64,000 bases of DNA from a virus: the IMG/VR virus record IMGVR_UViG_3300005590_000001, positions 107,988 to 171,987 of that record; one strand, given 5' to 3'. A model generated the notes under the pieces. The model saw nothing but the letters and a program-made list of their open reading frames with translations. It searched no databases and was not told where the DNA came from. The translations under genes were made by a program, and so were the position numbers. This document shows, piece after piece, positions 41,371-51,893 of this stretch (its first letter is position 1; each line of letters opens with the position of its first letter).

Positions 41371-42000
41371 TTATAACTCCAATGCTCTTAATATTTTGGC
41401 AATTTTAGGATGTCTCTGAATATCGCCGGTAGTTAACTTAACAATGCTGACCAAATCAGGCCAAGGTTGTAATTTATAAATCAAATGTGATAAGCCGTCA
41501 TCGTAATCAATGTCTTTTTGGTTTGTGTCACCGTTAAAAACCATTTTACAGTTTTCACCCAATCTTGTAATTGCCATTATGGCTTGCTCAATGGTTGAAT
41601 TTTGCATTTCAGAAAACACCACAAATGAATCGTGAAAAGTAAAACCCCTCATTAATTCAAGTGGTATAAATGAAATAATTTCATGTTTCATCATTTCATC
41701 AATTTCACGTTTATTTTTAACAATAAGTTCCAGATTTTGCATCACTGGCTGAAAATATGGTTTACACTTTTCACTTAAATCACCTTTCAACCAAGGAAAG
41801 TCTCTGTAGGATGATGCAATCATCGGTTTTGTTACTATTAATTTTTTAGTAGGTTTGTCAGATCTGCTGATCCATTCAAGAGCTAAACCTAAAGGAATGA
41901 AATCTTTACCTGTTCCAGATGGTCCGGTGCATAAAGTTACATCGTCTTCTACAATTGAATGAATATATTTCGATTGATTTTGTGTTTTTGCTTGTATCAT
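41371..42000 (-). CDS. phoH: PhoH-like ATPase
   Basis: GPSGTGK, LKGDLSEK, MRGFTF, EMQN, TRLGE, GDTNQKD, RH. Confidence 0.92.
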   Translation of the reverse strand: MIQAKTQNQSKYIHSIVEDDVTLCTGPSGTGKDFIPLGLALEWISRSDKPTKKLIVTKPMIASSYRDFPWLKGDLSEKCKPYFQPVMQNLELIVKNKREIDEMMKHEIISFIPLELMRGFTFHDSFVVFSEMQNSTIEQAIMAITRLGENCKMVFNGDTNQKDIDYDDGLSHLIYKLQPWPDLVSIVKLTTGDIQRHPKIAKILRALEL

Positions 42001-42986
42001 ATGAATAGATTGTCTAAATTAATTTTATTATCTTCTTTATTTTTTTGTTGACCCATATTAAATGGATCATAAATAATTTTTAAACCTTGAATATTTTTGC
42101 AGTTATTTTCTGTTTCTAAAAATCTATTAAATAATTCTGTTAAAATTTCCTTTTCTTCTATAGAGGCATCATTAAGTTTATTGTCTTTAATCATTCTATC
42201 AAATGATTGTAAATAATTTAAAAATGTATTGTATCTTCTTTGCATATAATAACTACCCTTTTTGGTAGCTTCTTTAACAAAGTTGTCTAGTAGTGGGTGT
42301 TTGGATGCGTGAATTTCTCTACCAAATAGACCATAAATACACCCTTGTATGTAAGAAAATTTTGACCAATTTTTGGATAGCATTGTTGTCGCTCCCAACT
42401 TATTGATGTTAGCATCCGGCGATGCTAATTGAGAAATGCATTCAATGATTTCTGATTTTGTAATTTCTTCTTGTATATCGTGAATATTGTTATTGATAAA
42501 ATCTGGATTGATTAATGGTATATCATTTTGTAAAGCTTCTATAAATTTTGCTTTATAACCATCACAATGACTAACACTGACATCATGATAATTATAATAA
42601 ACATAAATGCCTCTTGTTGTATAAATTTTTTCTTTACCATTAATATTAACAATTTTTAATGATGTACCTTGATTACTTCCTATAATAGCATCAGCACGTT
42701 CTGGTTTAATTGTGATTTTAACGCCTAACTGCCTTTTTAAGTAAGATCTTGGCATTTTAGTACCGGGCACAACATATACTGTTTTATTTTGTATATCTGC
42801 TTCTTTGTATTTAGGTTGTATACAATTAATATAATATTCAGATTTGCTTGGCTTAATATAAAGATACAGGTCACCACGATATCTAGATTGGTTCTTTGAA
42901 CAATGATATAAGGTCCATCCATCTTTTAATATATCGGATCGTTCTTTGTAAAAATATGTTACTTCATAAGTCTTAACCTTTTTCAT
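41997..42986 (-). CDS. hypothetical protein, paralog of 42983-44020 (BRCT-like segment)
   Basis: Shares KITIKPERADAII and ITKSEI...QLASPD.N motifs with its neighbour. Confidence 0.65.
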   Translation of the reverse strand: MKKVKTYEVTYFYKERSDILKDGWTLYHCSKNQSRYRGDLYLYIKPSKSEYYINCIQPKYKEADIQNKTVYVVPGTKMPRSYLKRQLGVKITIKPERADAIIGSNQGTSLKIVNINGKEKIYTTRGIYVYYNYHDVSVSHCDGYKAKFIEALQNDIPLINPDFINNNIHDIQEEITKSEIIECISQLASPDANINKLGATTMLSKNWSKFSYIQGCIYGLFGREIHASKHPLLDNFVKEATKKGSYYMQRRYNTFLNYLQSFDRMIKDNKLNDASIEEKEILTELFNRFLETENNCKNIQGLKIIYDPFNMGQQKNKEDNKINLDNLFI

Positions 42987-44020
42987 AAAACAAACCTTTC
43001 TATAGATTCATTATCATTTTTTTCAGGATTTTTAATTTCTGGAATAGTAAAAGTAAAATAGGGGTTATGATGATAATTATCATATATCATTTTTAGCCAA
43101 ACTTCTATTTGTTTTTTATCTTCATTAGATGGATGGTGGCCAATGATAGCATCAATATAATTAATAAAACCTTGCAAGTTTGTTTTAGGATTTATATTAA
43201 TATTATGATTTTGCATATATTTGTTTAATAAGAATTGTTCTCTTTCTTCTTTCCTGCTAGCTTTACGAAGCGATAAAAAGCCTTTTGTATAGTGACAATA
43301 AAAAGAAGATAATAATGATACTAAAACTGGATATTTAGTAAAATCTCTTGCAAGAATAATACTTTTTGCCAATGATGCTAAATTATTATCTTCTGATAAC
43401 AATTGTTTCATAATATCATATAGTTCGCTTTCAGTAATTGGCTCATATGGAACTATTTTATAAATATAATCATCTGTTAGTACTTTTAATTTATATTCAG
43501 AAATGATATTCCGCACATTTGTATTACATCTAAAAATATTTTTCTTTTCAAATAATAGATCTAAATCTTGATGTAGCGGACCATTTTGATGATAATATTT
43601 ATCATTAGCATAAAATACTTTAGACAACTTACCCTGCGTTATAACTACATCTGCTTTTTCAGGCTTAATAACAACTTTAGCTTTTGGGAACATCCTTCTA
43701 AAAAATGCTCTTTCAATAATTGAATTTGTTTCAAAGAAAACATTTACGCCATCCAAATTAGATACTTGATTAATTTCATTTTCTTCTAAGACAAAAGCTT
43801 TTTCAGGATTATCAAAATTTGCTACAAATTGATAAATCAAAGCGTTATCATTTTGTTGATCATGTGTAAACACATTATGTTTCCATATACCAACTCTTCC
43901 ACGTGGAGTACTTTTGGTACTTGTAAATTTAGATGCAATAGTGCCATAAATATCTTTTAAAAGATCCGGATGAACTGAAATTCTTTTGACAGTAAGTGAG
44001 TATAAATCTATTTCTTTCAT
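42983..44020 (-). CDS. hypothetical protein, paralog of 41997-42986 (BRCT-like segment)
   Basis: KVVIKPEKADVVI, ITESEL...QLLSEDNN. Confidence 0.65.
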   Translation of the reverse strand: MKEIDLYSLTVKRISVHPDLLKDIYGTIASKFTSTKSTPRGRVGIWKHNVFTHDQQNDNALIYQFVANFDNPEKAFVLEENEINQVSNLDGVNVFFETNSIIERAFFRRMFPKAKVVIKPEKADVVITQGKLSKVFYANDKYYHQNGPLHQDLDLLFEKKNIFRCNTNVRNIISEYKLKVLTDDYIYKIVPYEPITESELYDIMKQLLSEDNNLASLAKSIILARDFTKYPVLVSLLSSFYCHYTKGFLSLRKASRKEEREQFLLNKYMQNHNININPKTNLQGFINYIDAIIGHHPSNEDKKQIEVWLKMIYDNYHHNPYFTFTIPEIKNPEKNDNESIERFVL

Positions 44021-45168
44021 CTCGCCGCAACTTTCTGTACTGCCCTATTTTCTAATAGAGGAGTAAAAATTTTCTGTGAATTTAACATTTTAACAAAATT
44101 AAAATTGATATCTCCGCTGAAAGCTTCTTTAGTGATAATTTCAATCAATACCTTTTCTATATTATCTGGAAGTTTACGCTTATTACGTAAAAATTCTGTG
44201 GTATAATTAAAAATACGGATACTCAAAATATTAGCAAGATCTTGTCGATATTCGGCACTATTAACTGTCCCGCATACACCTCGGAGAATCTTCACTGCTT
44301 CTTCTGGTTTACTATCTATAATTTTAGCCGGTGATGGTAATCTGTCAAGTTTATTTTCAATAAATGTAACAAACATTTGAGCAAATTCATCACCAACTGA
44401 TCCACTACCGAGATGATTAATTAAGTACCGAGCTTTTCTATTCGAAAAATCATCTAAAGATGAGATAGAATTAAAAAAGTCGGTTGCTAACCGTGCGTTA
44501 GTTTGACCCTTAATCAACTCAGGATTAAGAATTAAGAAGTTGATACAACGACCATCAATACCTTCTTTTTCGGCCCACTGAGCCCAATCTTTAATGTCAA
44601 ATTTTAGCTGGACTTTAATAAATCGAGTCTGCTGTGCCGTATCTAATTCAGTAACAAAATAATCACCATCTGCAGGATTAGTAGTAATAAAAATATGCCA
44701 GTCAGACGGCAATTTCCATCCTAAGTTTTCCTGTTTGTCTACTAATTCCATACAGGCTTGCATGATATGCTGCGGAGCACGTGTGTAATCGTCAAGTAGT
44801 AGAATACCGCCAGTTGCATCATCTGGTACCCAGTGAGGTCTACAGTACGTTGTTTTGGTTCTACCCGTAAGATCTGGTTTTTCTAGTAAACTTTCTAGAT
44901 GTTTCTCATTAATCCATGTTCCATCGCGAACTTCAAATTCACGAATAGGGAAACCAGAAATTTCTCCAGCATCATCAACTTGAGCTAGATTAATTTTTGC
45001 AAATGCTAAACCATTTGCTTCTGCTACCTGTTCAACAATTGAAGTTTTACCAATTCCGGCTGGACCTTCAATAAGAATAGTGTTCTTTTTCTTTGCTTGC
45101 TTTTCTAAAAACCGATTGTTATCCACAATGTGTTGGATAATATTTGAAAGATCAGTCGCCTTTAACAT
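44017..45168 (-). CDS. MoxR-like AAA+ ATPase
   Basis: GPAGIGKT, LLLDDYTR, TTNP, LDTAQQTRF. Confidence 0.88.
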   Translation of the reverse strand: MLKATDLSNIIQHIVDNNRFLEKQAKKKNTILIEGPAGIGKTSIVEQVAEANGLAFAKINLAQVDDAGEISGFPIREFEVRDGTWINEKHLESLLEKPDLTGRTKTTYCRPHWVPDDATGGILLLDDYTRAPQHIMQACMELVDKQENLGWKLPSDWHIFITTNPADGDYFVTELDTAQQTRFIKVQLKFDIKDWAQWAEKEGIDGRCINFLILNPELIKGQTNARLATDFFNSISSLDDFSNRKARYLINHLGSGSVGDEFAQMFVTFIENKLDRLPSPAKIIDSKPEEAVKILRGVCGTVNSAEYRQDLANILSIRIFNYTTEFLRNKRKLPDNIEKVLIEIITKEAFSGDINFNFVKMLNSQKIFTPLLENRAVQKVAAR

Positions 45169-46333
45169 TTTGCATTTTCACCTTTCTGCCTTTAAAACCG
45201 AAATTAGTAGTACCATTACTACTAATAATCCATAAAACTGGTTTCTTTTCTATTCCTGTTGGCTGATCAAAGATTCCGCCGTCTGTAAAATAGATTAGTC
45301 CATTAAATTTTTTATTCTTATTGTAATATTCCATTACTGGTCCAGCTAATGTTCCACCGCCACCGGTAATTTTTGTATCAATTTTTCTCTTATCAAATTC
45401 ATATACCCGACCGACTTTCGCGTCGCATTCAATAATATGCACTTCAGATCCACTATCTGCAATCTTAATAATTTCATTAAAGAAATCATTCAGTTCTGAA
45501 GAACTTACAGACCCACTAGTATCGATAGCTACTAATAAAGCCTTGTTAAATCTAACTCTATTACCTGCACTATCAGGAAATTTAATATTAAGTTTACGCC
45601 GACTCTTCTTTAGATAAATTTTATCACAGTAAGCTTTGAATTGTCTAGCAACTTCTCTCCAATTAACTACTGGTTTTTTCTTTTTGTAGATATTTAAGAT
45701 AAAATCGCGTAAATAACCGGGAACTCTACCTGCGTCTTTTTTCAGAGCTTCTTCAAATACAGACTTAACCTGATGCTCAACTTGCTTTTCAATATATTCG
45801 CGGTCTTCTTCTGGGTAATCTTCCCATACATGAGACCATCTAAATTTTTTACCAGCATCCATTGCATCACAAATCTGATTTAGTAATGATGAGGAGCCAG
45901 ATTGTTTAGCTTGTTGTAATAGTTCGTAGTACGTTCTGGTATCGGCGAATAATGGAAGGTTTAACTCCGGAAATAAATCAGGTAGCATAATACCTTCTGG
46001 TCGCCGTTCTTTTGGAATATACTGATTGATATGTAAATCGGCCGCGATATTAAATAAGTTTAAATTAGCATAATCCTTCCATTGTAAATTATGGAAGTTG
46101 ATGATATGCATGAGTTCATGCTGCATAACTCCTATTTGATTATCGTAATTTAAAGACTCCATATATTCTTCATTAAACATCATTTCTGGGTTAATATTAT
46201 TCAATGTTACGCATGCTGTTGGACATTTTTGTTTGTCATTGATTAATGATTTACTTACACCCAAAGAGAAGTAACCATAAAATGGTTCGTGTATAATTAA
46301 ATCTCTTGCTATTTCATCTAATTCAACACTCAT
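45152..46333 (-). CDS. DUF2201-type metallopeptidase-VWA protein
   Basis: HELMH, NIAADLHIN, DTSGS MIDAS, GGGGT, YFTDG. Confidence 0.88.
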   Translation of the reverse strand: MSVELDEIARDLIIHEPFYGYFSLGVSKSLINDKQKCPTACVTLNNINPEMMFNEEYMESLNYDNQIGVMQHELMHIINFHNLQWKDYANLNLFNIAADLHINQYIPKERRPEGIMLPDLFPELNLPLFADTRTYYELLQQAKQSGSSSLLNQICDAMDAGKKFRWSHVWEDYPEEDREYIEKQVEHQVKSVFEEALKKDAGRVPGYLRDFILNIYKKKKPVVNWREVARQFKAYCDKIYLKKSRRKLNIKFPDSAGNRVRFNKALLVAIDTSGSVSSSELNDFFNEIIKIADSGSEVHIIECDAKVGRVYEFDKRKIDTKITGGGGTLAGPVMEYYNKNKKFNGLIYFTDGGIFDQPTGIEKKPVLWIISSNGTTNFGFKGRKVKMQNVKGD

Positions 46334-47418
46334 TCATAATCCCTAACTGTAATTAAAACTGGAAATCTAGGTACTGGTTGTTCCGAAGTTGTTTTCTCAA
46401 AGTAACGTACCGTGGCAAATTTGCCAATAATATTATCGGCATCTTCTAAATATTTGCTGCGTTTTTCCTCGTTGCCTTTAGGCGTGGCTTCAAATTCATA
46501 ACCTTCAACTGTTTTTAATTGGAAGGTTGGAATATTAGCAAATTTACCCTTACCTGTTTTATATCCTATAATTTCATATTCTTCGTCGATGAAATCTTTC
46601 TTCTTCTGCAAATTGTAGCTACGCTTATTTATCTCATATCCCTTATCTTCCATATTACGTAACATACTTCCTTCATAACCCGCAAGTAAAAATTCTGCAT
46701 GAAGCTTATTTACATCAAGTGTGTCAAGAGTTTTATATTGAGGTACGGAAACCAAAGGATTGTCAACCGTATTACAAATATCAATATATTTTTGACATCT
46801 ATCCCAAAACCTATCTTCTGAAACAATATCAAAAACATGATACTCTAATTGGCCCTCATCTGGATGTTTGGTTTTGGATTTTCTAATAATAGAAGTTAAT
46901 TCTTGAAATGAGGTTCCGTGCTTATATAGTTCTCCATCTAAGATAATATCGCCGTCAATTTGCTGAATTGCTTTTTTAATATGATCTAAGAATGGAAATT
47001 CTTTACTTTGTCGAGAAAGAAGCTTTACTTCGTTACCCCTTTTGACAGCTAGGCAACGTATACCATCTAATTTAGGAGAGATGAGGCAAGGGAAATTAAT
47101 CTTGTGAGCGTGTTTACTATAAGATTGTGCTAGCATTGGACGTAAGGGCTTTTCTTTCGGCACTTTTTCACTATATCCCTTGCGGTCTCGTTGTTTTAAC
47201 CATAAAGCTTGAGCTTCTTGTTCGCATTGTTCTTCGGGGGTCGTTTCATTCATACGACCAATGTTTTTACCTTCATTGACAAAAACTTTAGCTTCTTGCA
47301 TTTTACCGTCAGTTACCCCGTGAGTAACTTCATAAAACGGCACGTCTTTAACTTTTCCGGTCCTGATCTTCCACTCTCGAATTTTCCCGTTGGAGTCCAT
47401 TTTGTATAGTGTCTTCAC
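46330..47418 (-). CDS. ATP-dependent DNA ligase
   Basis: KLDGIR, LDGELY, EGSMLR, PRFP. Confidence 0.93.
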   Translation of the reverse strand: MKTLYKMDSNGKIREWKIRTGKVKDVPFYEVTHGVTDGKMQEAKVFVNEGKNIGRMNETTPEEQCEQEAQALWLKQRDRKGYSEKVPKEKPLRPMLAQSYSKHAHKINFPCLISPKLDGIRCLAVKRGNEVKLLSRQSKEFPFLDHIKKAIQQIDGDIILDGELYKHGTSFQELTSIIRKSKTKHPDEGQLEYHVFDIVSEDRFWDRCQKYIDICNTVDNPLVSVPQYKTLDTLDVNKLHAEFLLAGYEGSMLRNMEDKGYEINKRSYNLQKKKDFIDEEYEIIGYKTGKGKFANIPTFQLKTVEGYEFEATPKGNEEKRSKYLEDADNIIGKFATVRYFEKTTSEQPVPRFPVLITVRDYE

Positions 47419-48235
47419 TTACATTACCTTTCAACCATTTAACTGATTTTAAATATAAACTTCTTGAACAATTACGCCCGCCAAAATGGGCAATACAAGG
47501 ACTAAATGATCTGTTATTCCAATGCCCACCTTTGTAAAAGAAAATCTTTTCATTTTCTATATCTACTACTGGAAATAGTGCGTCCCAAATACCTATGCTA
47601 GAATTAGATGCCATATTATCTAAATCAAGTATATTATATGCTAACGCAAAAACTAATTCATCTCTAACTGGTCTGCCATTAAAAATCTTATGTAGCTCAT
47701 GAAAAAGTTTATCTACAACCTTGAACCATTTTGTAGACATTGGTTCATTGTTATCCCAGATAAAAAATCCGCCGTTTAATGGTTTCAATTTAAATAGGGG
47801 ATACTTTGCAAATTTATCCCTCAATTCGTGTGTTTGAAAAGGTTTAGGACATCCCCACATTGAATTTTCTTTCAATGGATCTGCCATCGGTGTGTGTATT
47901 CCATTTGGAATTACAGGATCAAAAATATATTTTGGATCTTTTATAACTAAGGAATCAGCATCAACATACGCGGCTTTATCATATTCCTGCATATAATCTT
48001 TAACAAATTTTTTATATTCCCAATATTTTTCTGGAGTCTCCAAGTTAACTGTTTTAATATTTGCAATGTTGTGATTGTCGGCAAATAATGAGAAATCTTT
48101 TTTGTCTTTATCAATATCGGCCCATAATAATACAGTTGGATACCCAAACCGTTTTGCCGAAAGAGCAAAATTTTGTGCTAATTTAAGATATTTATCACCA
48201 ATAGCAATAGTAATAAATCCACACTTATCTACCAT
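47348..48235 (-). CDS. GT-A glycosyltransferase (GT8-like)
   Basis: YVDAD, LNGGFF, RDE, IAHF. Confidence 0.7.
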   Translation of the reverse strand: MVDKCGFITIAIGDKYLKLAQNFALSAKRFGYPTVLLWADIDKDKKDFSLFADNHNIANIKTVNLETPEKYWEYKKFVKDYMQEYDKAAYVDADSLVIKDPKYIFDPVIPNGIHTPMADPLKENSMWGCPKPFQTHELRDKFAKYPLFKLKPLNGGFFIWDNNEPMSTKWFKVVDKLFHELHKIFNGRPVRDELVFALAYNILDLDNMASNSSIGIWDALFPVVDIENEKIFFYKGGHWNNRSFSPCIAHFGGRNCSRSLYLKSVKWLKGNVSEDTIQNGLQRENSRVEDQDRKS

Positions 48236-48843
48236 TCTAAAAATTCCCGTACAGCTTCAATGTGAACATAAAGACATCCAGCAGCACCATCTTTAGCAGT
48301 TTGGACACCCACCAAAACATTTTTCTGTACCAAAGGTCCGCCACTTACTCCTTGCAAACACGGTCCTTTAGTTCTTAATAGTTTAGAGCCATCTAAAGAA
48401 TATTTAATTTGATCACTCTCCAACATAATATATGTGTTGTTCTCTAAGTATTTCGTGGTAAATCCGTAAACTTTGGCCATCTCGCCGTACACCACTCCCT
48501 TACCTAATTTTACGATGTCTGCGTTTAGCTCGGGTAAATTTGGAACGCGTAGAAGCATTAAGTCTTTGACTTCATCCCTTAATATAATTTCTGCTTCACA
48601 ACGTAAACGAATTTTTCGATCTGCAGAAATAAATTCTACGCCGAGAGGTATATCGTGTTTCTTTTCAAACATAACATGATTGCATGTAAGAATAAAATAA
48701 TGCTGTTCAGTTTCTTTAATCACTGAACCACTTAAATATGCTCCCATTTCTGGTCCAGTATCCACTTTAACCACATTTAAATAATCTCTACCAAATACCG
48801 GCAAAGCAAGAGTGAAAATTAGTAATAATGCAAAAAGTCTCAT
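48229..48843 (-). CDS. trypsin-like serine protease with signal peptide
   Basis: Hydrophobic N-terminus; TCNHV, DLMLL and GVSGGPL triad motifs. Confidence 0.85.
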   Translation of the reverse strand: MRLFALLLIFTLALPVFGRDYLNVVKVDTGPEMGAYLSGSVIKETEQHYFILTCNHVMFEKKHDIPLGVEFISADRKIRLRCEAEIILRDEVKDLMLLRVPNLPELNADIVKLGKGVVYGEMAKVYGFTTKYLENNTYIMLESDQIKYSLDGSKLLRTKGPCLQGVSGGPLVQKNVLVGVQTAKDGAAGCLYVHIEAVREFLEW

Positions 48844-49433
48844 TTTGTAAGTTCCTTAATAGCAATTTGTGACCAAGATTCATATTCGTCAATATGATCT
48901 AGTAAAAATTGTTTATCTACAAATTCAATATCTAACATATCTTCTTCATTTGCTTGTACATCAGTTGTAGCTATATCAAATAAATGGATTACGCCTAGGT
49001 GTACCTTGCCGACGTCATTACTATCATCATTGATAAATCCAATTAATTTTGTATCATTAATCATTTCATTATCAAAATTGACCTCTTCAGCAATTTCTCT
49101 TGTCATTCCGCGTATAAAATCTGGCTCCTCACCCGATTGATCTTCAGTGGAAATATGACCGCCGATTCCTAAAGATCGTTTTGCGTGTAATCTAGATTCA
49201 CCTTGACCTGTTCCCCTTTTGTAAGTTAAGAATTTATCTCCGCATTTAAACAAGCAATATGGAATAAGTTGTTTGAAGGTGGGATCGTTTTCCATTTCAG
49301 GTCTAGATTTATAACTTGTTTTTGGGTGTTTATCCACCAGCGGTAAATATTTTTCTGCATCATTAGAAAATCCTTGAAAGTATCCAAGGTTATGGAATTC
49401 TTCAGTTGGAACTACGAGTACTTGTTCAGTCAT
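48840..49433 (-). CDS. predicted NUDIX-family phosphoesterase
   Basis: ENDPTFKQLIPY, RLH..SLGIGGH, REIAEE, VGKVHLG. Confidence 0.85.
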   Translation of the reverse strand: MTEQVLVVPTEEFHNLGYFQGFSNDAEKYLPLVDKHPKTSYKSRPEMENDPTFKQLIPYCLFKCGDKFLTYKRGTGQGESRLHAKRSLGIGGHISTEDQSGEEPDFIRGMTREIAEEVNFDNEMINDTKLIGFINDDSNDVGKVHLGVIHLFDIATTDVQANEEDMLDIEFVDKQFLLDHIDEYESWSQIAIKELTK

Positions 49434-49906
49434 ATTAATTCTTTCATAAAGTCAGGAGTTTGACCTTGTGGCCAAACCATTTTGATTGATTTAGATTTGT
49501 GTCGATAATAATTTCGATAAGATTCTACCGGACAATCGACCTTAAATTCATCCGGCATTGCCAATGCTGGTTTAGAAGGTTTATTTTCTAGTACAGGACA
49601 TTTTTTTAATAATGATGATAAAGATTCACTCTTGTGTGATTTGCCGTACCTCCATGTATATTCATCGCATAATGCTTCATAATGTTGATAAAGCCAATTG
49701 TAATTCTGATGAGATTGTCTGACCCAAATAGAACATGGATGATTTATATGTGTTGGTTTGTATAATACATCTAAATAAACAGATTTGAAAACATAATGTG
49801 TAGTAGAAAGTAATTGAGCACTTTCTAGGATCATTTTTACAACATGTTTATTACATTGATATTCAGCGGCTTTCTGTGGATCGTGATCAAGATAAAAAAT
49901 ATTCAT
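49430..49906 (-). CDS. pyrimidine dimer DNA glycosylase (DenV-like)
   Basis: MNIFYLD...KHVVKMILESAQLL...THINHP...EYTWRYGKSH. Confidence 0.82.
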   Translation of the reverse strand: MNIFYLDHDPQKAAEYQCNKHVVKMILESAQLLSTTHYVFKSVYLDVLYKPTHINHPCSIWVRQSHQNYNWLYQHYEALCDEYTWRYGKSHKSESLSSLLKKCPVLENKPSKPALAMPDEFKVDCPVESYRNYYRHKSKSIKMVWPQGQTPDFMKELI

Positions 49907-51117
49907 TTAATTTTTTCAAGTGTATCCTCTAAAGAAGAGCTTTCTAAGCAAATAGTTTGTAAATCAACAATATTAGATATTTTTTCATTATTTATATTAT
50001 CTAATTTAATTGTAGCATCCCAAAAATTATTTATATAATTTTGATAATCTTGCAATGTTGGAGATTCCATTTTTATCATAATATCGAATCTACCCCTTCT
50101 AACTAAAGCGGGGTCGAGTTTTTCTGGATGGTTTGTGGTGGCAACAATAATAGTATCGTCTATTGATATTGGACTATCTAAAAATGCTAACAGAGATGCT
50201 AAATCAACTCCGTCTTCTTTAGCTGAATCTCTATTTGCAATACAGATGTCAATATCATCTATAAGAATGACAGAATTATTTGATATGCCATTCATTAAAC
50301 TTTTAAAATCTTCTTTACTAATTTCTGGTAAATTAATAACATAAAGATTTCTTTTTAAATAATTAGCTATTGCTTCCGCCATAGAGCTTTTACCCAAACC
50401 CGGCGATCCAGATATTAAAATACCCTTCTTATATTTTAAGCCACGTTTTCTATAAATAGATTCTGATTTTTCAAAAGTTTTAAGAGTTTCAATTATATTG
50501 TTCTTTTGAACACAAAAGATATTTTCGAAACTCTTTATTAATGGTGCTTTACCTGTAATCCAATAATCATGCAAATGAATTTTCATTACTGGTTTACGTT
50601 TGACTTTAATATGAACGCTTTTTTCTACACCCATTTGATGCATAATTTTATTAATAGCTTTTTTTACAAAGAAACCACTAACAATGCATTTTGAAAAATA
50701 TGCTTTTCCATGTTCTGCACGATCCAATTTCTCTCTAATACATTGAACCTTAAGAAATCTCCAATTATACCAAATATATATGTAATCGTTATTATTGTCA
50801 AATAATGGTTTATTATCTTTCGAACTTGTGTAATCCCTACCTTTGCGAGAAAATCTTACAAGAGTATTTTGAAACTTATTACTGTAATTTTCTTCTAACC
50901 ACTTATAAAAGTAATCATAAATTTCATCACTCTCCTCAACAGTTACAGTATAGTAGAAAAGCCTTTTAATTCTAGGCCAAACTACCGCCGGTATCCTTTT
51001 TAATGATTGCCAAATAGCAGTCAGAATAGCAATAACGACGGCACCTTGTGCAAATTCACTGTTTTGTAAAGATTGTTGTACATACTCAACAATAATATTA
51101 TAATATTCGGCAAACAT
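49903..51117 (-). CDS. BCS1-like membrane-anchored AAA ATPase
   Basis: N-terminal TM segment, YRKRG..YKKGIL.SGSPGLGKSS, TTNHPEKLDPALVRRGRFD. Confidence 0.8.
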   Translation of the reverse strand: MFAEYYNIIVEYVQQSLQNSEFAQGAVVIAILTAIWQSLKRIPAVVWPRIKRLFYYTVTVEESDEIYDYFYKWLEENYSNKFQNTLVRFSRKGRDYTSSKDNKPLFDNNNDYIYIWYNWRFLKVQCIREKLDRAEHGKAYFSKCIVSGFFVKKAINKIMHQMGVEKSVHIKVKRKPVMKIHLHDYWITGKAPLIKSFENIFCVQKNNIIETLKTFEKSESIYRKRGLKYKKGILISGSPGLGKSSMAEAIANYLKRNLYVINLPEISKEDFKSLMNGISNNSVILIDDIDICIANRDSAKEDGVDLASLLAFLDSPISIDDTIIVATTNHPEKLDPALVRRGRFDIMIKMESPTLQDYQNYINNFWDATIKLDNINNEKISNIVDLQTICLESSSLEDTLEKIK

Positions 51118-51126
51118 TTTATTCTT

Positions 51127-51690
51127 TCATAATTTATATAATACAGACATAATATTGTCTACACAATTTTTATCACAATTTATACTAGTAAAATTAATAT
51201 TCATTTCATTTAAAAGTTCTTTAATCTCCTTATCATACTGTCGTGATAAATCTTCATCTTCATATCGTCCAGCATCACTATAAGGTTTTGTTCTTTCAAG
51301 AAAAAAGTGATCAACTTTATATCCCTTTTCTTTACAAAATCCATGATGGTTTGCTAACATTTTTAAACTAGTATTATAAGTTTGTTCAAATGGATCATTT
51401 TTCATTCCATAGAAATGAGTAAGAATTAACGGAGAATCCGTAATAATGAAATCAAGATTAGCTTTTATATAAGTACGTTCTTTCATTGCCATTTTAGCAA
51501 AGAAATAGGATTGGTCACCTTCTGTAATTTGCCTACCAGACCACGCCCAATCTTTAACATATTCACGATTCATCTCACATTCGTAACCAGCAAGTTTGAG
51601 TTTATAGAATAGTCCGGCACAAGTAGTACTTTTACCTGTGCCGGGACCACCATACAAGCAAATAATTTTTTTAGTTTTCATCTTAACCAA
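51127..51690 (-). CDS. P-loop kinase (NadR/AAA_28-like)
   Basis: GGPGTGKST, REYVKD, ITDSPL. Confidence 0.75.
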   Translation of the reverse strand: MVKMKTKKIICLYGGPGTGKSTTCAGLFYKLKLAGYECEMNREYVKDWAWSGRQITEGDQSYFFAKMAMKERTYIKANLDFIITDSPLILTHFYGMKNDPFEQTYNTSLKMLANHHGFCKEKGYKVDHFFLERTKPYSDAGRYEDEDLSRQYDKEIKELLNEMNINFTSINCDKNCVDNIMSVLYKL

Positions 51691-51893
51691 TTAATTCCAT
51701 GATAGCCTGCAACTGTCACAAAGCCTAAATTAAAACCCCAATAAGGTCCATCATAATATCCAGTGTAAAATAAAGGCCACGGTTTGTTCCAACCAAAAAC
51801 AATCCAAATAGATTCCCAAGACTCTCTTTTACCTAAATCATCATCATACTCATTAATATTATATCGTATTTCAAATTCTTTTATGAATTGCAT
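51678..51893 (-). CDS. hypothetical protein
   Basis: Small aromatic-rich ORF in the operon. Confidence 0.5.
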   Translation of the reverse strand: MQFIKEFEIRYNINEYDDDLGKRESWESIWIVFGWNKPWPLFYTGYYDGPYWGFNLGFVTVAGYHGINWLR

